Below, in pieces: positions 21,044 through 30,987 of a stretch of DNA of 56,515 bases. Every line of letters begins with the position of its first letter. Position 1 is the stretch's first letter. The notes below the pieces were generated by a model that saw only the letters and a program-made list of their open reading frames with translations, did no database searches and was not told where the DNA came from. A program made the translations under genes and the position numbers. Source of the stretch: Candidatus Eiseniibacteriota bacterium (GTDB taxonomy: Bacteria; Eisenbacteria; RBG-16-71-46); contig JBGAOA010000013.1 in the NCBI GenBank assembly GCA_044222065.1, positions 1-56,515 of the forward strand. Direction: 5' to 3'.

Positions 21044-22437
21044 CGAGGAGCGTCCTTTCGAAAGAGCAGCCAGCCGGGCGCGTAGACGAGCAGCGAGGCC
21101 GCGAGTCCGGCGTAGATCGGTTCGAGTGCGAGGGGATAGCGGCCCGCGGGCGACGCGTTCCGGGCGAGCACCCACGCGAGCGTCACGGCGAGCGGCAGCG
21201 CGAGTGCGGCGAGCGTTGCGCGCGCGCCGAGGCGACCGCGTCCTGTGAGCGCCGTGCCGACCGGGAGCAGCAGCGAGGGCGTCGTGATGGAGCCGAGGTC
21301 GTGCCAGAGCGCGATCACGCTCGGCTCGGCGCACGCGAGTGCGCCCGCGAATCCGCCCGCGATCCAGAGCCCGGCGCGCGAGTACGCCGGGATGCGCGAC
21401 TCGTCCGCGCCGCGGCGGAAGCGCCACCACAGGTCGCGGCCGAACGTGGTCGCGGCGATGAAGCCGTACGAGTCGATCGTGCTCATCACGGTCGCGATCA
21501 TGCCGAGGTAGAAGAGCCCGAGCGCCACGGGCGGCAGCGTGAGCTTCGCGACCTCGGGGAACGCGAACACCGGGTCCCCGAGGTTCGGCAGCAGCGCGCG
21601 CGCGTACAGCCCGCACGACGTCGTCATGAAGTCGAACACGACCCAGAACGCGATGGACCACAGCACGCCGCGGCGCGCGACGTTCGGATCGCGCGCGGCG
21701 TAGGCGCGCTGCCAGAAGCCCGGGTCCACGAGCGTCGAGAGCGCGATGACGTACCACACGAAGATCGAGGCCGCGGGCGTGCCGCCGTTCCACGTCCAGT
21801 GCGACGCGGGCACGCGGCCGCCGAGGAACGGCAGCGTGCCGTGGCCCGCGACGAGGAAGGCGAGCAGCAGCGCGAAGCCCGCGTACATGAGCACGAACTG
21901 GATCTGGTCCATGAACACGACCGTGCGCAGCCCGCCCTTCGAGACGTAGAAGATCGAAGTCGCGGTCGCGAGCGCGATGCACGCGAGCAGCGGCCAGCCC
22001 GTCATGGCGGCGAACAGCGTGCCGAGCATGAGCACGTACGCCGCAGGCGCCGAGGTGAGGAACACGAGCACGGCGCCCGCGAGTGCCGCGCCGCGGCCGT
22101 AGTGGCGGTCGAGCAAGTCGGGGATCGTCGTGAAGCCCGTCGTGCGCGCGCGGCGCGCGAACAGCAGCGCGAACAGGAGCGCGCCGACGTAGTACGGCAC
22201 GCCGAACACGAGCCAGTTCGAGACGCCGTAGCGCCACGAGTACTCGCCGACGCCGAGGATGCCGCCGTACCAGGTCGTGACGAGCGTCGCGACGAACGCC
22301 GGCAGCGTCACGCGGCGGCCGGCAACGAGGTAGTCGTCGGTCGAGTGCGCCGCGCCGAATCCCCGCGCCCACACGAACGCGAGGAAGCCGAAGTAGAGTG
22401 CGATCAGCCCCCAGTCGAGGGGGTTCGAGCTGAACAT
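21040..22437 (-). CDS. Sodium:solute symporter family protein (putative thiamine or precursor transporter)
   Basis: DYLVAGR, TIPDLL..YG, GGLRTVVFMD.IQ, WQRAYAA, MSTIDS. Confidence 0.88.
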   Translation of the reverse strand: MFSSNPLDWGLIALYFGFLAFVWARGFGAAHSTDDYLVAGRRVTLPAFVATLVTTWYGGILGVGEYSWRYGVSNWLVFGVPYYVGALLFALLFARRARTTGFTTIPDLLDRHYGRGAALAGAVLVFLTSAPAAYVLMLGTLFAAMTGWPLLACIALATATSIFYVSKGGLRTVVFMDQIQFVLMYAGFALLLAFLVAGHGTLPFLGGRVPASHWTWNGGTPAASIFVWYVIALSTLVDPGFWQRAYAARDPNVARRGVLWSIAFWVVFDFMTTSCGLYARALLPNLGDPVFAFPEVAKLTLPPVALGLFYLGMIATVMSTIDSYGFIAATTFGRDLWWRFRRGADESRIPAYSRAGLWIAGGFAGALACAEPSVIALWHDLGSITTPSLLLPVGTALTGRGRLGARATLAALALPLAVTLAWVLARNASPAGRYPLALEPIYAGLAASLLVYAPGWLLFRKDAPR

Positions 22438-22483
22438 GAGCGGTCCCGGCGACGGTGCTTCATCGCGGCGCGAGGTCGCAACG

Positions 22484-22510
22484 AAAACGCCGTCCGCGAA
22501 GGGACGGCGT
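22484..22510 (-). terminator. Intrinsic terminator forming the riboswitch expression platform
   Basis: Minus strand acgccgtcc-cttcgc-ggacggcgt followed by ttt, between the aptamer and the SSS start. Confidence 0.65.
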
Positions 22511-22540
22511 GGAGGCAACCGGAGAGCTCGCTTGCTTCGC

Positions 22541-22620
22541 CGTTTCCCTACGCTGGTTCTAACCAGTTCAGGTTCGAAGGGTGTGCTCTCAGGCCCGCTT
22601 CTTTCGGGCCACCCCTAACG
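22541..22620 (-). ncRNA. TPP (thi-box) riboswitch
   Basis: Minus strand aggggtg...ctgagag..acccttcgaacctgaactggttagaaccagcgtagggaa matches TPP aptamer hallmarks; ends pair (cgtt/aacg). Confidence 0.93.
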
Positions 22621-22687
22621 GACGAGCGGCAGAATGCTCTCGATGTGGCGCGAACGCAAGAGCGCGGCGCCGCCGGCGGGTGCGAGG

Positions 22688-23206
22688 CTAGAGGTAGCGC
22701 GCGACCGACATGAGCGCGACGACGACCAACCCGAGCGTCGCCGCGATGCGCGAGCCCGTGAGCATGCGCGCTTGCAGCGCCGCGATCTCGGCCGCCTGCT
22801 CGGGCGTCGGCGCGGCGCCACTCTGGGCGAGCGGGCCCGCGATCGCGGCGAGACGCTTCGCCGAGGCCGACACGAGGCCGTGACCCACTCCCGCGGACGC
22901 GAACGCGAGCACGAGCGACACGCCGTACGCGAGTCCCGTCGGCGAGAGGATCCACTCGAGCTTGCCGTGGTGTCCGTACCAGCCGTAGAGCGCGAGCCCC
23001 GAGAGCAGCGACAGCAGCATGGCGACGTTCGTCGCGACCGGGAGCTTCCGCACCTGCACGAGCTGGCGCATGACGGCGCCGCCCGCGGAGCCCGCCGCGA
23101 TGACCGAGGGCATGAGGAAGAAGGCGTTCGAAATTCCGGAGCCGACCCAGAAGACGCCGGCGACGATGTGGACGACGCGCAGCAACGCGATCACGAGAGC
23201 GGGCAC
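22688..23206 (-). CDS. Hypothetical 4-TM membrane protein
   Basis: RVVHIVAGVFWVG N-terminus, hydrophobic helices, ends MSVARYL; GGAG RBS. Confidence 0.7.
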   Translation of the reverse strand: MPALVIALLRVVHIVAGVFWVGSGISNAFFLMPSVIAAGSAGGAVMRQLVQVRKLPVATNVAMLLSLLSGLALYGWYGHHGKLEWILSPTGLAYGVSLVLAFASAGVGHGLVSASAKRLAAIAGPLAQSGAAPTPEQAAEIAALQARMLTGSRIAATLGLVVVALMSVARYL

Positions 23207-23319
23207 GACGAATTCTCCGAGCGAGTGGAGCGAGGGACCGGCGGGAAGCGAAACGCGGCGCCCGCAGGATCACGGGCGCCGCGTCGGGGCGTCAAGCGAG
23301 GGGGAGCGAGGCGTCGCGA

Positions 23320-24492
23320 CTACCCCCGCTCCCACCTGCGCGCGAACACTCGCGCGAGCGCGAGGAACGCGACGGTCATCGTGGCGAGCACGCCGACCTG
23401 GGGCAGCAGCGAGGCGAGCGGCGCTTCGCGCCAGAACACTTTCAAGTAGCCGTCGAGCGCCCACGCGTTGAAGGTCGCGAGCCCGACCTTCTGCATGCCC
23501 TCGCTCATGAGGAAGCGCGGGAACATGCTGCCGCCGAGCGCCGACATCGACAGGATGAGGAGCGTCGCGATGCTGCCGAGCTGCTGGCGCGTGCGTGACA
23601 ACGTCGCGAGCACGAGGCCGAACGCGCCGGCCGCCATCGCGGTGAACGCGGTGACGAGCGCGAAGCCCGGCAGGTGGCCGACCAGGTCGAGCCGGAACGC
23701 GAGCATCGCCCACACGAACATCACGACGATCTGCGTCGCGCCGACGAGCGTCAGGTGCACCCACTTGCCGGCGAGCAGCCCGTTCATGCCGGCGCGCGTT
23801 CCGAGCACGCGCTCGAGCGTTCCCGAGTCCTGCTCGTCGAGCAGCGCTCCGCCGCCGCTGCTCGCCGAGAACAGCAGGAACATCACCGCGATCCCCGCGG
23901 CGTAGTAGGCCACCATGCGGCCGTTCTGCTTGGGATCCCCGAGCACGTCGCGCACCTCGCTCGGCACCGGCATCATGCCGCCGCCCGAAGCGCCGCCGCC
24001 CGCGCCGCCGCCGCCCGTGGCGCCCGACATCATGCGGCCGCCCGCGCGCTGGAGCGCGCCGTTCGCGAGGTGCCGCGCGACCGGGTTCGACGGGTCGTTC
24101 AGGATCTCGACCTTTGAGCCCACACCGGCGAGGTCCGGGAACGTGCGGCCCCAGCCCTCGGGGATCGCGATCGCGACGTCGGCGTCGCCGGCCTTTACCA
24201 TCGCTTCCGCGCGCTCGCGCGTGATCGCGCCGCCGCCGCGCTTCGCGTCGAGCGAATCCGCGACACGCAGCGTCGAATCGCCCTTCAGCGTCTCAACGAG
24301 CCACGCGCTCGCATCGGAGCGGTCGCCGTCCGCGACCGCGACGTCGAGGCGCGAGGTCGAGATCACCTGCGGTCGCCCGAAGATGAGCGCGAAGATCGAG
24401 AAGAACCCGATCGGCAGCACGAACGCCATCGTCTGCGCGACTCTGTCGCGGCGCAGCGAGAGCCGTGAGATGCGAAGCAAGGTCGCGATCAT
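23320..24492 (-). CDS. ABC-2 type transporter permease
   Basis: LRRDR..FVLP, EQDSGTLERVL, LGGSMFP; start MIATLL. Confidence 0.88.
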   Translation of the reverse strand: MIATLLRISRLSLRRDRVAQTMAFVLPIGFFSIFALIFGRPQVISTSRLDVAVADGDRSDASAWLVETLKGDSTLRVADSLDAKRGGGAITRERAEAMVKAGDADVAIAIPEGWGRTFPDLAGVGSKVEILNDPSNPVARHLANGALQRAGGRMMSGATGGGGAGGGASGGGMMPVPSEVRDVLGDPKQNGRMVAYYAAGIAVMFLLFSASSGGGALLDEQDSGTLERVLGTRAGMNGLLAGKWVHLTLVGATQIVVMFVWAMLAFRLDLVGHLPGFALVTAFTAMAAGAFGLVLATLSRTRQQLGSIATLLILSMSALGGSMFPRFLMSEGMQKVGLATFNAWALDGYLKVFWREAPLASLLPQVGVLATMTVAFLALARVFARRWERG

Positions 24493-25427
24493 TCGCGCAG
24501 CTCCTTTCCGGTGAGCTTGAGGAACACGTCCTGGAGTCCGCGGCGCTCGACCGCGACGTCGTCGATCGCGACGCCCGCGGCGCGCAGCGCGTGCAGCAGC
24601 GACGCCAGCTCCTCGCCGACGTCGGCGACGCGCGCCTCGACGTGGCCGTCGCGCCACTCGGCGCCGCGCGGCAGTGATTCCGGCGCGCGGTCTGTCGTGA
24701 TCCGCACCGTGCGCTCGCGGCCCGCGTGCGCGGCGAGCAGCTCGCGCACGGTGCCTTCGGCGACGAGGCGGCCGTGGTCCACGATCGCGACGCGGTCGCA
24801 GCGCCGCTCGGCCTCTTCGAGCTGGTGCGTCGTGAGCAGCAGCGCCGCGCCTTCGGATTTCAGCGCCGCGAGCATGTCGTAGATCTTCTCGCGGCTCTGC
24901 GGATCCACGCCGACCGTCGGCTCGTCGAGCAGCACGAGCTTCGGCCGGTGGAGCACGCCGCACGCGATGTTGAGCCGCCGCTTCATGCCGCCCGAGAAGT
25001 CGCGCACGAGCGCGTTCGCGCGCTCGCCGAGCGCGGTCCAGCCGAGCGCCCACTCGATGCGCTCGCGAAGTTCGCCGCGCGGCACGCCGTGCAGCTCGCC
25101 CCACGCGGCCAGGTTCTCGCGCGCGGTCAGGAGCGGGTAGAGCGCGATCTCCTGCGGCACGACGCCGAGCGTTCCTGCGCGCCGGCCGTTCGCGAGCGTC
25201 TCGCCGAAGATCGCGACCGCGCCGGCGTCGAGACGGAGGCGTCCGGCGACGGCGCGGATCAGCGTCGTCTTGCCGGCGCCGTTCGGACCGAGCAGCGCGA
25301 GCAGTTCACCCTCGCGCACGGTGAGCGAGAGCCCCGCGAGCGCGTGCGTCGCGCCGAACGACTTCTTCGCGTTCGCGACGCGCAGCGCTTCGCGCGGCGG
25401 AGCGGCGGGGGGAGCGGCAACGGTCAT
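24489..25427 (-). CDS. ABC transporter ATP-binding protein
   Basis: [29 protein letters not shown]. Confidence 0.92.
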   Translation of the reverse strand: MTVAAPPAAPPREALRVANAKKSFGATHALAGLSLTVREGELLALLGPNGAGKTTLIRAVAGRLRLDAGAVAIFGETLANGRRAGTLGVVPQEIALYPLLTARENLAAWGELHGVPRGELRERIEWALGWTALGERANALVRDFSGGMKRRLNIACGVLHRPKLVLLDEPTVGVDPQSREKIYDMLAALKSEGAALLLTTHQLEEAERRCDRVAIVDHGRLVAEGTVRELLAAHAGRERTVRITTDRAPESLPRGAEWRDGHVEARVADVGEELASLLHALRAAGVAIDDVAVERRGLQDVFLKLTGKELRE

Positions 25428-25752
25428 GGGTCCTCCGGGAGCGAGCCGCGAAGCCGGGCGGCGGTGCCATCGCACCGCCGCCCGCTCGCGTGTCCGACGA
25501 AGGCACGCTACGGCGCCTCGCGCCCGCCCGATACGCGCGCGCCGACGGACGGTCGTTCGGGCCGGATGAACGGTCGCGAGGGCCGTTCGCGGACCGGCGA
25601 CGGTCGCCCTGCTCGACGCCGGCACCGATGGGCGTATGCTGCCGGCGATCCGGCGCGTCCGCGGGCCGCGGGAAACGCCGGCTGGAGCCCGGATCGCTCC
25701 CGGCCGATAACGCATCCGATTCCCTGTCCGCTCGCCCCCCGGGACACCGCAC

Positions 25753-26820
25753 ATGCACTGGCCACCGCCCATTCGACGCTGGACCCGCGAAGGACTCGCG
25801 CTCGCCCGCGACGTCGCCGAGGACTTGCTCGGCGACGCCGACGGCGCCGCGTCGGAGGCGTCGCGCGAGCGTTTCCTCGCCGAGCTGACGCGCCTCGTCT
25901 CGGAGGGCGACAGCGACGAGTTCTTCGCGCTCGCCGAATCGCTGGCGCCGGACGAGCTGTGGGCGCTGCTGGAATCGCTCGGCGACGCCGTCGAGCCCGA
26001 GAACTGGGACCGCGTCGCCGAAGCGCTCACCGATCTCACGGCCGCGCGCGAGGAGCGCGAGCGGCTCGCGCATCCGTCGGCCTGGCGGCGTGCGCTCGCC
26101 GTGAAGCGCCTCGGACTGCTGCGCCACGAGCCGTCGCGCGAGGCGATTCGCCGCGCGCTCGAGCGCGGGCCCGCGCCGGTGACGTTCGCGGCCGCGGCGG
26201 CGCTCGCGCGCTTCGGCGACTTCGACGCCCTTCGCTGGCTGCTCGAACACCCCGAGGCGACGAGCACGCGCCGCCGCTTCCAGCTCGTCGCGCTGCTGCG
26301 GCGCTTCGGCCCCGGCGCGGCGCCGATCGTGCGCGACGCGCTGCGCGGCTGGGAGGCGACGGCGCCGATCCACCTCGCGGCGATCGAGCTGCTCGGCCAT
26401 TTCCCGGAAGCGCAGAGCGTGAGCCTGCTCACCGAGACGCTGAAGAGCGGCGGCGCCGAAGCGCGCGTCGCCGCGGCGCGCGCTCTCGGCGGACTCGGCG
26501 ACCTCGCGCCGCCGCTCGCGCTGCAGCAGGCGCTCGACGATCCGGAATGGACCGTGCGCGCGCAGGCCGCGCGCTCGGTCGGCGCGATCCGCTACTGGCC
26601 CGCGCTCGCGTACCTCGCGAACCTCGTGCAGCACGACACCGAGTGGTGGGTCCGCCGTCACGCCGCGGTCGCGCTCGGCGACATGGGCGATCTGGGGCGC
26701 GACCAGCTGCGGCAGGTCGCGGAGCAGGGCGACCCGCTCGCGCGCGAGATCGCGCTCGAGGTGCTCGAGGCGCCGCCGTCCGACCCCGAGCGCGCGGGAG
26801 GGCACAGTCATGTGGCCTGA
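25753..26820 (+). CDS. HEAT-repeat protein
   Basis: Repeats such as RVAAARALG, DPEWTVRAQAARSVG, WWVRRHAAVALG. Confidence 0.8.
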   Translation: MHWPPPIRRWTREGLALARDVAEDLLGDADGAASEASRERFLAELTRLVSEGDSDEFFALAESLAPDELWALLESLGDAVEPENWDRVAEALTDLTAAREERERLAHPSAWRRALAVKRLGLLRHEPSREAIRRALERGPAPVTFAAAAALARFGDFDALRWLLEHPEATSTRRRFQLVALLRRFGPGAAPIVRDALRGWEATAPIHLAAIELLGHFPEAQSVSLLTETLKSGGAEARVAAARALGGLGDLAPPLALQQALDDPEWTVRAQAARSVGAIRYWPALAYLANLVQHDTEWWVRRHAAVALGDMGDLGRDQLRQVAEQGDPLAREIALEVLEAPPSDPERAGGHSHVA

Positions 26821-28234
26821 GCACGGCCAGCCGCTGAGCCTGTCGCCGATCGGCATCGCCGCGCTGCTCGTCATGGCGGTCGCGGCGCTCGCGGCGATCG
26901 CGCGCGCGACGCTCGCGTGGCTCGTCGCGCTCACCGAGCGCGACCGGCTGCGCGTCGAGGATCACCTCGGCGTGTTCGAGGCCGATTTCGCTCCGCCCGT
27001 GAGCATCCTGACGCGCACGCGCGACGAGCAGGACGGCGTGGTCGAGCGCGTGCGCGAACTGCTCGCGCAGCGCTACCCGGCGCTCGAGGTCGTCGTCGTG
27101 AACGACGGCTCGAGCGACGCGACGCTCGCTTCGCTCACGCGTGCGTTCGGGCTCCGGACGGTGCGCCGCACGCGGCGCTCGCCCGTTTCGACCGCGCGCG
27201 TGCGCGGCGTGTACGCCGCGGGAGGCAGCGTGCCGCTCGTCGTCGTCGACGCCGAGCGCGCGGGTGAAGCCGCGTCGCTCAACCTGGGCCTCGCGTTCGC
27301 GCGCTATCCGCTCGCGCTGCCGGTGAGCGCGGCCGAGTCGCTCGAGCCCGACACGCTCACGCATCTTGCGGCGCCGTTCTATGAAGACTCGTCGGTCGCC
27401 GCCGTCACCGGCGTGTCGCGCGTCGGCCCGCGCGTCGGCGCGACGTTCGAGCTGCCGCGCCGCCTGTTCGCGCGCTTCGAGGCGCTCGAGGCGCTGCGCG
27501 GCTTCGGCGCCGGCGGCCCAGCGAGCGGCGCGAGCGCGCGGCTTCTCGCGCCGCACGAGCCGCCGGGCCTCGTCGCGCGCGACGAAGCGCTCGCCGCGGG
27601 CGGCTACCGCACCGACTGCACGTCGCCGCGTCTCGATCTCGCGCACCGGCTGCGCGCGCAGGCGGCCGACGGCCGCCGCGGGGCGCTGCGCTTCGTGCCG
27701 AGCGCCGTCGCGTGGGTCGAGCCCGCGAGCGGACTCGTCACGCTGACGCAGGCGCGCGTCGAGCGCTCGCGCGGCGGTCGCCGAGGCGCTGTGGCGCTCG
27801 ACCGCGCACGCGGGCGGCGCGGCGGCGGCACGTTCGCGAAGTTGGTCGAAGGCGCGCAGTTCCTCGCGGTCGAGTTCGCCGTGCCGGCGATCGAGTTCGC
27901 GATCGCGGGCGTCGTCGTCGCGGCGATCGCGACCGGAAACGCCGACCTGGCGTTCATCGTGATGTTCGTCGCGCTCGCCGTCGTCGGCGGCGCGGTGCCG
28001 GCGCTGCTCGGCGTCGCGCTCGAGCGCGTCGCGTGCCCGCGCTTCACCGGCCGCGACGAGGTCGAGACGATGGCCGTGGACTCGCTCGTCTCGGTCGTGT
28101 TCTACCGCCCGCTCACGACGATCTGGCGCCTCGCCGGCGTGTGGAGCGTGTGGATGGGCGCGCGCCGTCTTCCGCACGCACGCACGACGGCGGCCTCGCC
28201 GCCCGCCTCCGAAGCGACGCACCAGGCCGCCTAG
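26810..28234 (+). CDS. Membrane GT2-family glycosyltransferase-like protein with degenerate catalytic motifs
   Basis: PPVSIL, YP.LEVVVVNDGSSD, AGGY, FVP..V.W.E; N- and C-terminal TM helices; DxD, ED and QxxRW not evident. Confidence 0.75.
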   Translation: MWPEHGQPLSLSPIGIAALLVMAVAALAAIARATLAWLVALTERDRLRVEDHLGVFEADFAPPVSILTRTRDEQDGVVERVRELLAQRYPALEVVVVNDGSSDATLASLTRAFGLRTVRRTRRSPVSTARVRGVYAAGGSVPLVVVDAERAGEAASLNLGLAFARYPLALPVSAAESLEPDTLTHLAAPFYEDSSVAAVTGVSRVGPRVGATFELPRRLFARFEALEALRGFGAGGPASGASARLLAPHEPPGLVARDEALAAGGYRTDCTSPRLDLAHRLRAQAADGRRGALRFVPSAVAWVEPASGLVTLTQARVERSRGGRRGAVALDRARGRRGGGTFAKLVEGAQFLAVEFAVPAIEFAIAGVVVAAIATGNADLAFIVMFVALAVVGGAVPALLGVALERVACPRFTGRDEVETMAVDSLVSVVFYRPLTTIWRLAGVWSVWMGARRLPHARTTAASPPASEATHQAA

Positions 28235-28354
28235 AGCGCGGCGCGCATCGCGCGCGCGTTCGCGTATGCTGCGCGGCGCGCGGGTGACGCGAGCCCCGCG
28301 CCGCGCGCTCCGCGTCCGCGGCGGCCGCGACCCGTCGCCCGCGAAGGCGCCCCG

Positions 28355-29377
28355 ATGTTCACGTTCCGCCCGATCGGCGTCGTCCGCAGTCCGTTCACCG
28401 ACACGTCCGCGATCCCGAAGGGCCCCGATGCGAAGCACGACGCCGGGGGCGTGCTCGAGATCGATCCCGCGCTCGAGGCGGGACTCGCCGACATCGAGGG
28501 CTTCTCGCACCTCTACGTGCTGTGGGTGTTCGACCGCGCCGAGCCCGGCGACCTGATCGCCCATCCGCCCGCGGACGACCGGCCGCACGGCGTGTTCGCG
28601 ACGCGCTCGCCGCGCCGGCCGAACCCGATCGCACTGACGGTCGTGCGGCTCGTCCGCCGCGACGGATCGAAGCTGCACGTGCGCGGCGTCGACATGCTCG
28701 ACGGCACGCCGATCGTGGACCTGAAGCCGTACCTGTCGAACGTGCCCGCGAGTGAACTCAAGCGCGGCTGGCTCGCCGAGGCCGAGTCGCGGCGCGCGGG
28801 GCAGCCGGGCGTCGCGCCGCCGCGCTCGTTCGCCGGGCTCACGCTCGAGACCGAGCGGCTGACGCTGCGGCCGTTCGTCGAGTCCGATGCCGAGGCGCTG
28901 TTCGAGATCTTTCGCGACGCCGAAGTGACCCGCTACTGGAGCACGCCGCCGTGGGAGTCCCTCGAGCCCGCGCACCGGCAGATCGCGCGCGACCGCTCCG
29001 CGATGGCGGCGGGCGAGTTCCTGCGGCTCGGACTCGTGCGAAGGAGCGACGCGCGGCTCGTCGGCATGTGCACGCTGTTCGCGTTCCACGACCAGTGCCG
29101 CCGCGCGGAACTCGGCTACGGACTCGCGCGCGAGGCGTGGGGCGGAGGCGTCATGAGCGAGGCGCTGACGGCGCTGCTCGACCACGCGTTCGGGGCGCTC
29201 GGGCTGCACCGCGTCGAGGCCGACACCGACACGCGCAACGCCGCCTCGTGCCGGATGCTCGAGCGGCTCGGCTTCGTGCGCGAAGGCACGCTGCGCGAGC
29301 GCTGGATCGTCGCGGGCGAGATCTCGGACACGGCGTTCTACGGAGTGCTCGCGAGCGACTGGAAGGCGCGCCGGTGA
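28355..29377 (+). CDS. tsaA: TrmO/TsaA tRNA t6A37 N6-methyltransferase domain fused to a RimJ/RimL-type GNAT
   Basis: PIGVVRSPF, GVFATRSPRRPNPI, DMLDGTPIVDLKPY followed by LETERLTLRP, AELGY, NAASCRMLERLGFVREG. Confidence 0.85.
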   Translation: MFTFRPIGVVRSPFTDTSAIPKGPDAKHDAGGVLEIDPALEAGLADIEGFSHLYVLWVFDRAEPGDLIAHPPADDRPHGVFATRSPRRPNPIALTVVRLVRRDGSKLHVRGVDMLDGTPIVDLKPYLSNVPASELKRGWLAEAESRRAGQPGVAPPRSFAGLTLETERLTLRPFVESDAEALFEIFRDAEVTRYWSTPPWESLEPAHRQIARDRSAMAAGEFLRLGLVRRSDARLVGMCTLFAFHDQCRRAELGYGLAREAWGGGVMSEALTALLDHAFGALGLHRVEADTDTRNAASCRMLERLGFVREGTLRERWIVAGEISDTAFYGVLASDWKARR

Positions 29378-29799
29378 GCGCGGCATCGCACTTCGTCCTG
29401 TACGTCGCCGATCAGGACGCGAGCACGCGCTTCTACGCCGCATCACTCGCGCTCGCGCCGCGGCTCCACGTGCCGGGCATGACGGAGTTCGACCTTCCGG
29501 GCGGCGGCGTGCTCGGCCTGATGCCCGAAGCCGGCATCCGCCGGCTGCTCGGCGACGCGCTGCCCGATCCCGCCGCGGCACGCGGCGCGCCGCGCGCGGA
29601 GTTGTACCTCGTCGTGGACGATCCCGCGGCGCACCACGCGCGCGCGCTCGCCGCCGGAGCGCGCGAACTGAGCCCGCTCGCGCCGCGCAACTGGGGTCAC
29701 GACGCCGCCTACGCGCTCGACCCCGACGGCCACGTCGTGGCGTTCGCGCGGGTGAGCGGAGGGAAGTGGCGCGGGGGCGGGGCGCCAGCGTCGCAATGA
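29374..29799 (+). CDS. VOC/glyoxalase family protein
   Basis: LYVADQ..S.RFY, ELYLVVDD, WGH..AY..DPDGH. Confidence 0.85.
   Translation: MSAASHFVLYVADQDASTRFYAASLALAPRLHVPGMTEFDLPGGGVLGLMPEAGIRRLLGDALPDPAAARGAPRAELYLVVDDPAAHHARALAAGARELSPLAPRNWGHDAAYALDPDGHVVAFARVSGGKWRGGGAPASQ
29740..29756 (+). repeat. Left copy of 17-bp direct repeat gcgttcgcgcgggtgag
   Basis: Identical to 30356-30372. Confidence 0.85.
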
Positions 29800-29841
29800 G
29801 ATCGAGCTTCCGCGCGTGCGGAACGATGATAGTCTCGACAC

Positions 29842-30081
29842 ATGTCGCCGACGATTCTGCGCGAAGGACCCTATCGTTTCTTCTTCTTCAGCAACGAATC
29901 GGGCGAACCCGCGCACATCCACGTCCAACGAGAGCGTTCCCTCGCGAAATTCTGGCTCGCGCCGGTGAGCCTCGCGCGATCGACAGGCTTCTCGTCGCGT
30001 GAGTTGAAGCGAATCGAAGCACTCGTAGTCGAACACGAGAACGTCTTGATGGAGGCATGGAATGGGCACTTCCCCGATTGA
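29842..30081 (+). CDS. DUF4160-domain protein (putative toxin-antitoxin component)
   Basis: MSPTILREGPYRFFFFSNE..EPAHIHV...AKFWL.PV.LA.STGF...W. Confidence 0.85.
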   Translation: MSPTILREGPYRFFFFSNESGEPAHIHVQRERSLAKFWLAPVSLARSTGFSSRELKRIEALVVEHENVLMEAWNGHFPD

Positions 30082-30322
30082 GCATCGGCCTCTCGCCCGC
30101 ACGGTGCTCGTGGGAGATGACGAACTCACCGTGGGGCTCGCCGATGGTCGTTCGATCACCGTTCCCCTGGTCTGGTTTCCGCGCTTGCTGCGGGCGAGCG
30201 CAACCGCGAGATCGAACTGGCAGATACTCGGAGACGGTGAAGGGATCCACTGGCCCGACGCAGACGAGGACTTGAGCGTCCAAGGTTTGCTCGCCGGAAA
30301 TCGAGCCCGGGGCGCGGCGTGA
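30062..30322 (+). CDS. DUF2442-domain protein (putative toxin-antitoxin partner)
   Basis: L.DGR.I.VPL.WFPRL..A...R.NW...G.GIHWPD.DEDLSV.GLL. Confidence 0.85.
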   Translation: MGTSPIEHRPLARTVLVGDDELTVGLADGRSITVPLVWFPRLLRASATARSNWQILGDGEGIHWPDADEDLSVQGLLAGNRARGAA

Positions 30323-30355
30323 ACCCGAAATTCGCGGGATAGCGCCTTCGGAGTT

Positions 30356-30372
30356 GCGTTCGCGCGGGTGAG
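30356..30372 (+). repeat. Right copy of 17-bp direct repeat gcgttcgcgcgggtgag
   Basis: Identical to 29740-29756; with flanks reads VAFARVSG*. Confidence 0.85.
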
Positions 30373-30429
30373 TGGCTGACTTGTGGCCCTCACTTGGACC
30401 CCTGTCGCTGACGAGCCGCGGCGTCTTGA

Positions 30430-30987
30430 TCAGCTCAGCGATCTCCACGCCGACCATGCGGTCGCGCACAACGCGAGGGCGGCGAGCACGTCGACACGAC
30501 GAAGCCAGAGCCAGCGCAGCGCGATCACCACAGACAGGAACAGCGCGAGCAGGATCTCGATCGTCACGATCAACACTTGCACTGGACCGAGGTCATTCCC
30601 GCCTTGCAACGAGGCGAGCAGAGCGAACACGCCGACCAGGACCGCAAAGAAGTCGAGACGACGTTCGAGGGGCACGCCTTGAGCGGTTCCGAGGGGGCGA
30701 CTGGAATTGGCATCCTCGGGCGGAAGCGCACGAACTCGTTCGGCCACGGCCTTCTCTGCGAATCTGAACGCCGCGTATTCAGCTGCCAGTCCGACGACCA
30801 AGACTCCGAGCGTGACGATCCAGCCCCGATCCCGGGAGACGTACGAAAGCACCATCCCGGCGATTGTGCACGCGACGACTACGAGCAACTGAAGGAGAAG
30901 GAAGGCGGCCACCCCGCCGAGCAGGATCGGCGCGACGACCTCGAAGCGCCTTGCCTGCACGACCTCTTCCAGCTCGAACTCGCTCAT
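30430..30987 (-). CDS. Hypothetical membrane protein with atypical codon usage
   Basis: Several hydrophobic helices; visibly more A/T third positions than neighbours; start could be upstream (31026). Confidence 0.55.
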   Translation of the reverse strand: MSEFELEEVVQARRFEVVAPILLGGVAAFLLLQLLVVVACTIAGMVLSYVSRDRGWIVTLGVLVVGLAAEYAAFRFAEKAVAERVRALPPEDANSSRPLGTAQGVPLERRLDFFAVLVGVFALLASLQGGNDLGPVQVLIVTIEILLALFLSVVIALRWLWLRRVDVLAALALCATAWSAWRSLS

